Shown in pieces: positions 48,661 to 55,954 of a DNA stretch of 55,954 bases (position 1 is its first letter; the number at the start of each line of letters is the position of its first letter). The stretch is from IMG/VR virus record IMGVR_UViG_3300020056_001325. The stretch is one strand, 5' to 3'. Origin of the DNA: an uncultured virus (IMG/VR IMGVR_UViG_3300020056_001325) (Duplodnaviria > Heunggongvirae > Uroviricota > Caudoviricetes). The notes beneath the pieces were generated by a model. That model saw only the letters and a list, made by a program, of their open reading frames with translations, was not told the origin of the DNA and made no database searches. A program made the translations under genes and the position numbers.

Positions 48661-50205
48661 TTGAATACGGACTTAACAGCACAGCAAAAGGATTACGCAA
48701 TCTTCCTACCAGCGATTAGTGGCTTCTATGCTACATTCATTGGTAAACAGCGTCGTGAAGAATATGTTGAAAGAACTAGAATTCCTAGTAACTTTCCTAA
48801 TGACGTTGAAAGTCTGAACTGGTTAAATCGCAATGACGGTATGTTTCAATATAATTGGTCATTGTATTCCGCAGGTCACGCTGAATTAGATATTAACAAA
48901 GACTCACCTAAAGAAGATATGATCCGAAACAGAGATCGCAATACTAGTTGGTTGCTTGGCGACTCTGGAGGATTCCAGATTGGTAAAGGTGTATGGGAAG
49001 GTGATTGGAAAGATCCTAACTGTCCTAAGGCGAAAAAGAAACGTGAACAAGTTTTACGTTGGATGGACGAATATATGGATTACGGTATGATCCTTGATAT
49101 TCCGGCTTGGGTTGCTCGTAGTCCACAAGGTGTTAAAGCAACTGGTATTAGTACATACCAAGAAGCAGTAAATGCCACACGTATTAATAACGATTACTTT
49201 ATGAAAAATCGTAATGGTAATTGTAAATTCTTAAATGTACTACAAGGTGAGAATCATGCTGATGCAGAAGATTGGTATCAGCAAATGAAAGACTATTGCG
49301 ATCCTAAAAAGTATACTGATCACTTTAATGGGTGGTCAATGGGTGGTCAGAATATGTGTGATATTCACCTAGCATTAAAACGTATTGTTGCACTACGTTT
49401 TGATGGATTACTTGAAAAAGGCAAACATGACTTTATGCACTTCTTGGGTACAAGTAAACTAGAGTGGGCAACACTACTAACTGATGTACAAAGAGCAGTT
49501 CGTAAACATCATAACGAAAACTTTACAATTACATTTGACTGTGCTAGTCCATTCTTAGCAACAGCAAATGGTCAAATCTATTGTGAACTTGAAACAAAAG
49601 ATAGAAGTAAATGGGTATACAGAATGGTACCTAGCATTGACGACAAAGGTTTAGCACAAGACCTTACACCGTTTGGTCAAGCATTTGTACGTGAAAACAA
49701 ACACGGAAGTTTTAAAGACTCGCCTATTACAACAGGACTAACAGCCAAAGATGTTTGTATCTATGCACCAGGCGATCTAAATAAAGTAGGTAAAGAAGGA
49801 AAAACATCTTGGGATAGTTTTTCATATGCGATCCAAATGGGTCATAATGTATGGAGTCACATTAATGCAGTACAAGAAGCAAACAGAGAATATGACGCAG
49901 GCAGAATTCCAGCGATGCTTGTCGAAGAACGTTTTGACAGGTTATTTTTTAGAGATGTTGTGGAAGCGATATTTGCAACTGACAACAGAGACGAAGCGAA
50001 TGCGGTCATAGAAGAATTTTCAAGATTCTGGATGTCAGTTATTGGCACTAGAGGTGCTACTGGTAAAAAGACAGTTAATGCTAGTACACAGTTTGCTAAT
50101 TTATTTGAAGAAGCAGACACAACAACTTCAGATGACTCAAGTGACAGTGAATTTACTGAAGAACAAGAACATAAACTCGAGGAGTTAGAAGATGAGCAAA
50201 TCTAA
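48661..50205 (+). CDS. tRNA-guanine-transglycosylase-fold protein; DpdA-like DNA 7-deazaguanine transglycosylase candidate
   Basis: GDSGGFQ, ILDIP, VLQG, SMGG, HFLG, TFDCAS; no CxCxxC zinc site; TTG start after GGAG. Confidence 0.8.
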   Translation: MNTDLTAQQKDYAIFLPAISGFYATFIGKQRREEYVERTRIPSNFPNDVESLNWLNRNDGMFQYNWSLYSAGHAELDINKDSPKEDMIRNRDRNTSWLLGDSGGFQIGKGVWEGDWKDPNCPKAKKKREQVLRWMDEYMDYGMILDIPAWVARSPQGVKATGISTYQEAVNATRINNDYFMKNRNGNCKFLNVLQGENHADAEDWYQQMKDYCDPKKYTDHFNGWSMGGQNMCDIHLALKRIVALRFDGLLEKGKHDFMHFLGTSKLEWATLLTDVQRAVRKHHNENFTITFDCASPFLATANGQIYCELETKDRSKWVYRMVPSIDDKGLAQDLTPFGQAFVRENKHGSFKDSPITTGLTAKDVCIYAPGDLNKVGKEGKTSWDSFSYAIQMGHNVWSHINAVQEANREYDAGRIPAMLVEERFDRLFFRDVVEAIFATDNRDEANAVIEEFSRFWMSVIGTRGATGKKTVNASTQFANLFEEADTTTSDDSSDSEFTEEQEHKLEELEDEQI

Positions 50206-50380
50206 TAAGCAACTAAAACGTTTAGAAGAAGAGCATCAATATTACGATAAAAAAGTTACAGAGATGGAACAGGAACGTGACGGAGATCGTTCATGGACTT
50301 CAAAAGAACTTTTGCAAAGGCATAAGAAAATCAAACTAGCACTAAAAGATGCTATTTTAAAATTTAAAAATAAAATTTAA
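50192..50380 (+). CDS. DUF465-like coiled-coil protein
   Basis: LEEEHQYYDKKV...HKKIKLALKDAI. Confidence 0.65.
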   Translation: MSKSNKQLKRLEEEHQYYDKKVTEMEQERDGDRSWTSKELLQRHKKIKLALKDAILKFKNKI

Positions 50381-50393
50381 AGGAGATCAGAGA

Positions 50394-50984
50394 ATGGCAA
50401 TAGTTGACTTGTTTACTACTCCGTTCTCAGACGAGCACCTTAGCGACATTAACAATGACGAACTTATTAAGTTTGCATACAAGAATGTTAAGCACAGAGG
50501 TCAAAGTAATCATTTAAATTTAGCCGAGCCTGTTCTTCAACCGCTAGTAGAAGCGGTAAGAGAACATTTTAAAATGCTCACACAACTGTGGAACTTGGTT
50601 GATGGGTATGAAATTAAACCCACACAGGCTTGGCTAAATGTACAAAAGCCTTTAGAACAAACATCAAACATTGTAGAAACACATCTACACCCTAAACACT
50701 TCGTAGCCTGTGTATACTATCCACAAGCCGAACAAAACTGCGGAGATTTAGTTTTATTCCCCCCATCTAATATCGTAGACTATGCTCTACCACCTAAACT
50801 AATTCAAGCGGCCAATTCTTATAACGGTTGTAGATTTACAGTTATTCCACAAACTGGTAAATTAGTTTCTTTCCCAGGTTGGATTAATCATCAAGTTAAA
50901 GAAAATTGGAGCAAGAAAGATAGGATTAGTATTGCATTTAATGGCGATATTGAAGGATTTGGACTTGACAACGACACACTATAA
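50394..50984 (+). CDS. Putative 2OG-Fe(II) oxygenase (HxH type)
   Basis: AWLN, THLHP, ACVYY, FPGWINHQV, RISIAFN. Confidence 0.8.
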   Translation: MAIVDLFTTPFSDEHLSDINNDELIKFAYKNVKHRGQSNHLNLAEPVLQPLVEAVREHFKMLTQLWNLVDGYEIKPTQAWLNVQKPLEQTSNIVETHLHPKHFVACVYYPQAEQNCGDLVLFPPSNIVDYALPPKLIQAANSYNGCRFTVIPQTGKLVSFPGWINHQVKENWSKKDRISIAFNGDIEGFGLDNDTL

Positions 50985-50993
50985 TGTTATATT
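50965..50993 (+). promoter_or_regulatory. Sigma70-type promoter
   Basis: TTGACA-17-TATATT with TG extended -10. Confidence 0.65.
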
Positions 50994-51004
50994 AAGGAGA
51001 GCAT

Positions 51005-51166
51005 ATGACTAAAGAAAACAGATTGGAAGCACTAATAATCAAGCATAAAACACTTGACAAAGAGATCCAAAGAGGTTATAGTAATTATATAGATGATGCG
51101 GCACTTAAGAAAATGAAACAAGAGAAATTAATAGTTAAACAGGAAATTGAGAGATTACAATCATGA
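51005..51166 (+). CDS. DUF465-like coiled-coil protein (53 aa; not in ORF track)
   Basis: MTKENRLEALIIKHKTLDKEI...KKMKQEKLIVKQEIERLQS; AAGGAG RBS; promoter upstream. Confidence 0.7.
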   Translation: MTKENRLEALIIKHKTLDKEIQRGYSNYIDDAALKKMKQEKLIVKQEIERLQS

Positions 51167-51702
51167 AACGTGATTACTCAGACGGCATTGTAAAAGATGA
51201 TGTTGTTTATTTTACTGGATATGAAGTAGAGAAAACACCAGCATACGATATGGATACACTATTTGTAGTTGGATGTCGTCCGTTAGATGAAGTATTAGAA
51301 CAAGCAAAAGCAAAGCACGTAGACCATATTTACTTGGGTGCTAATCAAAGTTTTGAAATAGTTTTACCAAATGGTGAAGAAGAAACTAACAAGGCTTGGG
51401 ATACACTAATTTACGGTTTGCTTAAAGAAGGATATCATGTAACACTTGATTATGATGTAAAATATCATGAGTGGGTGTTAGAAAGCGGTTACAACGAAAA
51501 AACAAACTTTATTAGTCAGATTAGTGTAAAAATTCCTTACATTGATCAACTTAATTATAATGCGTGTATCAAAATTGACGACAAAGATTTTAAAGCAACT
51601 AATGCCGGTGTTTGGATTCATCAGGTACACGATTTACAAGACCGTTCAAAATTTACAGATTGGTCCAAATATGAAAACGATAATCCGGTTGACAATGACT
51701 AA
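51163..51702 (+). CDS. Conserved hypothetical protein in the modification locus
   Basis: GYEVEKTPA...TLFVVG, HIYLGANQSF, KIDDKDFKATNAGVW. Confidence 0.7.
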   Translation: MKRDYSDGIVKDDVVYFTGYEVEKTPAYDMDTLFVVGCRPLDEVLEQAKAKHVDHIYLGANQSFEIVLPNGEEETNKAWDTLIYGLLKEGYHVTLDYDVKYHEWVLESGYNEKTNFISQISVKIPYIDQLNYNACIKIDDKDFKATNAGVWIHQVHDLQDRSKFTDWSKYENDNPVDND

Positions 51703-51717
51703 GAAAGAAGTTATAAT
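51689..51717 (+). promoter_or_regulatory. Sigma70-type promoter for the QueD-like/glycosyltransferase operon
   Basis: TTGACA-17-TATAAT. Confidence 0.75.
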
Positions 51718-51719
51718 AA

Positions 51720-52175
51720 ATGGAAACAGTAAGAGAATCTTATCACAATTATATGTTGAGAATGATGAGAGAGGATAACGAAAAGGCAATTATGGAAAAC
51801 GCAAAGAGAATGATTTGGGTAACATTCCGAAAGGAAGGAATCCACAAGTATCCTGCGGCACTAGATGATCCTAGTCTTGCAACAGGTGATGAATATGATG
51901 TTTCGTTTTTGGGATATCCCCACAGACACATATTCCATTTCAAAGTCGCTATCTCAGTTACACACAACGACAGAGATATCGAATTTATTCAATTCAAAAG
52001 ATGGTTAGAAAAACTTTATGAGGAGAAAACCCTTGAACTAGATTATAAGAGTTGTGAAATGATGGCAGATGATTTGTATGAACAAATCCGTGCTAAACAC
52101 CCTGGACGTGAAGTCCACATCGATGTCTCCGAAGATGGAGAGAACGGTGCCCACATTGAATATGCTAGAAACTAA
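51720..52175 (+). CDS. QueD/PTPS-like T-fold protein
   Basis: EGIHKYP, HRHIFHFKV, HNDRDIEF, SCEM, VSEDGENG; true start may be a later Met. Confidence 0.7.
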   Translation: METVRESYHNYMLRMMREDNEKAIMENAKRMIWVTFRKEGIHKYPAALDDPSLATGDEYDVSFLGYPHRHIFHFKVAISVTHNDRDIEFIQFKRWLEKLYEEKTLELDYKSCEMMADDLYEQIRAKHPGREVHIDVSEDGENGAHIEYARN

Positions 52176-52188
52176 AGGAAGCATTAAA

Positions 52189-52395
52189 ATGAGCAAGTAT
52201 TGGGATAAACGCCCTGACGTGGTTCAAATTTTCGATGACTTAGATAGTTATCGTGACTTTTGCCGTTTCAACGGGTTTATTTTTAACGAAGCAGATCTTT
52301 ATAATAAAAAGTCTCGCACTTACCAAAGTTATTTAGATCCTTCAAAAATTTCGCGAAAGCCAAAGCGAAAATTTAATAAAAGGAAGTTTCATTGA
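52189..52395 (+). CDS. Hypothetical protein
   Basis: Start placed at MSKYW after AAGGA; basic C-terminus. Confidence 0.6.
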   Translation: MSKYWDKRPDVVQIFDDLDSYRDFCRFNGFIFNEADLYNKKSRTYQSYLDPSKISRKPKRKFNKRKFH

Positions 52396-53459
52396 TTTAT
52401 ATAGTTGACATCGAAGCAGTAGATACACGTTATACTAAGCAGTGGAAGGAACATCTTCCTAAGCAGTTACAACGTGCTACTAATAGCGAAGTCACTGTTA
52501 TCAGTGGAGGAGAGACGCCTCAGGCTACTACGCCTGGGGCATTTCTTAACTTTGGCGGTACTAATGTTTACAAGAGTAAACAACTAGAACAAATTGGAGA
52601 GATGTTCTGCAATGGTAAAATTAAGGACGGTGATTATTTTCTCTATACCGATGCCTGGAATCCTACAGTTATACAACTACGTTACATGGCAGAGTTACTT
52701 GGTGTTAATATTCGCGTTGGTGGCCTCTGGCACGCTGGTAGTTATGACCCACAAGATTTCTTGGGCAGACTAATTGGTGATAAACCTTGGGTACGTCTTG
52801 CAGAACAAAGTATGCTAGAATGTTATCATGATAACTTCTTTGCTACAGAATTCCATATTGAAATGTTTAAAAAAGCATTCCAATTGAAGCCATATGCATA
52901 TGGCGATTATAAAACAGAATTTCATCGTGTAGGATGGCCTATGGAGTATCTAAAAAATAGTTTAGACTCTTACAAAGGTATGCCTAAAGAAAATATTATT
53001 CTGTTTCCGCATAGAGTTGCTCCAGAGAAACAACCAGAAATATTTAGAGACTTAAAAGAACATTTACCTAACTATGAACTTATTATTTGTCAAGAACAAT
53101 CGTTAACAAAGAATGAGTATCATAACCTACTAGGTAAAGCAAAACTAGTGTTTAGTGCTAACTTACAAGAAACACTTGGTATTAGTTGGTATGAAGGCGC
53201 ACTAGTTAATGCTATTCCGATGGTTCCGGATCGTTTAAGTTATAGCGAAATGGGATTAGATGAATTTAAGTATCCAAGCGAATGGACAGAAGACTTCTTT
53301 GCTTACAAGAAATATAGAAGAGTCTTAGTTGACAGAATTACTGATTACATGGAAAACTATGACAATTATCTTCCAGTGTTACTTAAACAAGTTACAAAAT
53401 TAAAAGAAGACTTCTTTTCAGGTCAAGCACTTTACAAGGTGATTAATAATGGACGATGA
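52392..53459 (+). CDS. GT-B fold glycosyltransferase
   Basis: FPHRVAPEKQP and Ex7E motif ETLGISWYE; TTG start. Confidence 0.8.
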   Translation: MIYIVDIEAVDTRYTKQWKEHLPKQLQRATNSEVTVISGGETPQATTPGAFLNFGGTNVYKSKQLEQIGEMFCNGKIKDGDYFLYTDAWNPTVIQLRYMAELLGVNIRVGGLWHAGSYDPQDFLGRLIGDKPWVRLAEQSMLECYHDNFFATEFHIEMFKKAFQLKPYAYGDYKTEFHRVGWPMEYLKNSLDSYKGMPKENIILFPHRVAPEKQPEIFRDLKEHLPNYELIICQEQSLTKNEYHNLLGKAKLVFSANLQETLGISWYEGALVNAIPMVPDRLSYSEMGLDEFKYPSEWTEDFFAYKKYRRVLVDRITDYMENYDNYLPVLLKQVTKLKEDFFSGQALYKVINNGR

Positions 53460-53832
53460 TGAAAAGAAATTTACTATTACACTAGATAATACTAATATCG
53501 ATTATACAGGCCCAGGTGCAACTGTAGGCGGAATTACATCGTATTCAACAATGGATTCAACTACATATCCAATAGATACAAGTTACGTACAAAGCGATGG
53601 CACTTATACTGTTAATGTTGACACAAGTTTTGATACAACTTTTGATACTGGTGATTTTCCATCTAGTATAACACTTGGAGAGTATGGCGATAATTGGCCG
53701 GCAGAATATAAGATCGAAGATATGATTAAGTTATACCCTGCCCTAAAACTACAGTATGAAAAGTTTTTAGAAATATATAACTTGTGTAAGGATGATTATA
53801 ACAGTAGGAAAGATGATGATGTTCCTTTCTAA
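53449..53832 (+). CDS. Hypothetical protein (Thr/Asp-rich)
   Basis: 127 aa; YPALK..YEKF; ends DDDVPF. Confidence 0.6.
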   Translation: MDDDEKKFTITLDNTNIDYTGPGATVGGITSYSTMDSTTYPIDTSYVQSDGTYTVNVDTSFDTTFDTGDFPSSITLGEYGDNWPAEYKIEDMIKLYPALKLQYEKFLEIYNLCKDDYNSRKDDDVPF

Positions 53833-54307
53833 AATTATGGACAAACTCGGCAGGCGTCGAGTAATTACAGACAGAGACGGAAAGGTGCCTTACCTTATCC
53901 GTTATTACCTATTTCTTAAAAATAGAAAACACTTTCCTTTTAATATCACACTACACAAAGTTCTTGTAAGTGATGAGCCCACACTACATGACCACCCATG
54001 GAGTTATGCAACTTTTATTCTTAAAGGTGGTTATTGGGAACATATTCCAATCTTTGCACAAGAAGGTCACGTATGTGGTAGTACAAGAGTTTGGAGAGGA
54101 CCTGGGCATTTTCGTATGCGTAAAGCAGACGACTTGCATTGGTTAGAATTACAAAAGGATGAAAACGGAAATGAAATCCCTTGTTGGAGTTTATTCTTTA
54201 TGGGACGTAAAGTTCAAGAATGGGGATTTATGCGTTGGGTTAGAAACGAAGGATATCGTTGGATCCATAATGAGGAGTATTTGAAAGAAAAAGATGCAGG
54301 AGCCTAA
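53813..54307 (+). CDS. Cupin-like protein
   Basis: LHK...SDE..LHDHPW....ILKGGYWE...H...WGF. Confidence 0.65.
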   Translation: MMMFLSKIMDKLGRRRVITDRDGKVPYLIRYYLFLKNRKHFPFNITLHKVLVSDEPTLHDHPWSYATFILKGGYWEHIPIFAQEGHVCGSTRVWRGPGHFRMRKADDLHWLELQKDENGNEIPCWSLFFMGRKVQEWGFMRWVRNEGYRWIHNEEYLKEKDAGA

Positions 54308-55463
54308 AGTACAAACTCTACTAGATGGTAGAATGAAAATTTTTGATGACGTGTGGTCGCCGCCACACCTTAACGAACTTGTTTTAGACGTTAAGAATAT
54401 GTTATATATGTATGGTGAAGTTGATAATGTTGACTTACCGCCAACTGGAATGAGTACTGGTGATTACTTAGGCACAAAAATATTCCATGCTTTATGGGAG
54501 TTTTGTGAAAAGTATGTACCAGAGGTTCATGGTTGTATTTTAAAAAGATCACACGCAAACATTTTTGCTCCAAGAGAACAAGCATATTATCATGTAGATG
54601 ACGAAAACGATGATGCTTGGACATTTATGTTTTATGCAAATAATAACTGGGATATCAATGACGGTGGCGAAACTAAGTTTATTATTAACAAACAAGAAAA
54701 AGGTAACTTAGAAGGAACAGGCGACTATCCAACTATTTGGGCAATACCTCCTATTCCAGGACGTATGCTTATTTGGAAAAGCAATATCCTACATACTGCT
54801 ACTCCTTTAAGGAATGAACATAGATTTACGCCTACATTTAAATTTGTAAAATACGAACCAGATAGGCATGGTAAAGGAGAAGGTGCTATTAGAATGGGAT
54901 ATCCAGAAACCTATCCTTGGACAAAAGAGTATGTTCCTCCTATGCCTCAAAAAGAAACCGTACATACTGTTGCTAGAATTGATGTACTAGAAACTGCTAT
55001 TACAAATGTTATTCACGATAAAATCGTTGAAGAAATTGAAGTTTGTGATAACAGAATTGATAATGACCCTAATGACACACATTACGAAGATTTAGTTTAT
55101 CCTAGTTCTGCAGGTTGCACACATTTACAAGCAGAACTAGAAAGAACTGTACAAGAGTACTATGGAGATGATTTAGAACTAACAGGTATTTGGGTTCATA
55201 AAACTGAGCCAAACGGTAGTACTAATTTTCATAATCATCACGGTAGTGATATATCTTTTGTATATTATCCACGTGTACTTGACAATCAAGGTGATCTGCA
55301 TTTTAAACTATTTGCAAATACAGAATCATATGAAAAGACTGTACACCCAAGCACAGGGACGATGTTTATTTTTCCTAGTAGCATACCGCACTACACAGGA
55401 AAAAATTTATCAGGAAAGGATAGATATTCTATTAGCGGTAACTTCAAGAGGAAATCATCATGA
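54294..55463 (+). CDS. Tandem two-domain 2OG-Fe(II) oxygenase
   Basis: Domain 1 YHVD...GGET...LHTA...RFT; domain 2 FHNH...FPSSIPHY...RYSISGNF. Confidence 0.8.
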   Translation: MQEPKVQTLLDGRMKIFDDVWSPPHLNELVLDVKNMLYMYGEVDNVDLPPTGMSTGDYLGTKIFHALWEFCEKYVPEVHGCILKRSHANIFAPREQAYYHVDDENDDAWTFMFYANNNWDINDGGETKFIINKQEKGNLEGTGDYPTIWAIPPIPGRMLIWKSNILHTATPLRNEHRFTPTFKFVKYEPDRHGKGEGAIRMGYPETYPWTKEYVPPMPQKETVHTVARIDVLETAITNVIHDKIVEEIEVCDNRIDNDPNDTHYEDLVYPSSAGCTHLQAELERTVQEYYGDDLELTGIWVHKTEPNGSTNFHNHHGSDISFVYYPRVLDNQGDLHFKLFANTESYEKTVHPSTGTMFIFPSSIPHYTGKNLSGKDRYSISGNFKRKSS

Positions 55464-55954
55464 TTAAAAAGAAATATTATAGTTGGGCAGATGTAGAACG
55501 TATGTGTAATAACATTGTTTTACAAATGTATTATGATAATTGGAAGCCTGATTACATTGTAGGTATTACACGAGGCGGTAATGTGCCTGCTACTATCATT
55601 TCAAACATGACCGGCATTCGTTGCGAAGCACTTAAGGTAAGCCTGCGTGATGATAACAGAGAAAGTGAAAGCAACTTTTGGATGGCAGAAGATGCCTTTG
55701 GATATCGTGAAAAAGAAGAAGACCGTGTTACAGGCGGACCACTAGAAAAGAAAATTCTTATTGTAGATGATATCAACGATACTGGTGCTACATTCAATTG
55801 GATCAAAGAAGATTGGCGTTCAGGTTGCTTACCTAACGATCCTAAATGGGAGAAGGTATGGGGTAATAACGTTCGTTTCGCAGTATTAACAGATAACCTT
55901 TCATCAAAGTTTGATGGGTGTGTTAACTATCATTGCGACACGGTTAATAAGTTT
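55460..55954 (+). CDS. Purine phosphoribosyltransferase (Gpt/Hpt-like), 3'-truncated (not in ORF track)
   Basis: MIKKKYYSW...KPDYIVGITRGG.VPA...KILIVDDINDTGAT (PRPP-binding motif); GAGG RBS; frame open to window end. Confidence 0.85.
   Translation, partial: MIKKKYYSWADVERMCNNIVLQMYYDNWKPDYIVGITRGGNVPATIISNMTGIRCEALKVSLRDDNRESESNFWMAEDAFGYREKEEDRVTGGPLEKKILIVDDINDTGATFNWIKEDWRSGCLPNDPKWEKVWGNNVRFAVLTDNLSSKFDGCVNYHCDTVNKF

Noticed and set aside
48661..50205. Ordinary tRNA queuine transglycosylase (tgt)
   Set aside because: Lacks the CxCxxC...H zinc site, is longer and divergent, and sits among DNA replication genes; a DNA-acting role is more likely but unproven.
1..55954. tRNA genes, CRISPR arrays, diversity-generating retroelement, transposons
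   Set aside because: Intergenic gaps are very short; no cloverleaf, spaced repeats, reverse transcriptase or transposase recognised by eye.
1..55954. Stop-codon reassignment
   Set aside because: Standard-code ORFs tile the window, and TAA, TAG and TGA all end genes at sensible junctions.

Overview
AT-rich, gene-dense segment of a large T4-like (myovirus-type) dsDNA bacteriophage genome, probably from an aquatic uncultured lineage. The host is Gram-negative (spanins present) and possibly alphaproteobacterial (FdxA type; inference). Almost all genes are on the + strand; phoH is the only convincing minus-strand gene. Layout: (1) 1-18.7 kb tail, baseplate and fibre genes, including two tandem subtilisin-like proteases, a YHYH protein, a fibre ending in a cupredoxin-like motif and an Ig-repeat protein with an inserted esterase-like domain; (2) 18.7-25.7 kb a short DnaE-alpha fragment, GroES, MazG, an oxygenase, a cytidylyltransferase, the clamp loader, ferredoxin, parvulin, ThyX and PhoH; (3) 27-33 kb a lysis cassette and a DnaJ-deformylase-ClpA operon; (4) 33.6-40.6 kb a late-promoter cluster whose N-termini resemble T4 capsid-targeting signals, several looking like Glu-cleaved polyproteins; (5) 41.9-48.5 kb replication and repair genes (PolB, exonuclease, MBD4-like glycosylase, clamp); (6) 48.6 kb to the end a candidate DNA-hypermodification locus (TGT/DpdA-like transglycosylase, QueD-like protein, GT-B glycosyltransferase, 2OG-Fe oxygenases, phosphoribosyltransferase). 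Non-coding signals: near-consensus sigma70 promoters, (G)ATAAATA late promoters that appear to drive leaderless mRNAs, a hairpin just upstream of the polymerase RBS, and apparent avoidance of AGCT and GCWGC. No tRNA, rRNA, CRISPR array, intein or mobile element was seen. All calls come from recognising motifs by eye; no database searches were run.
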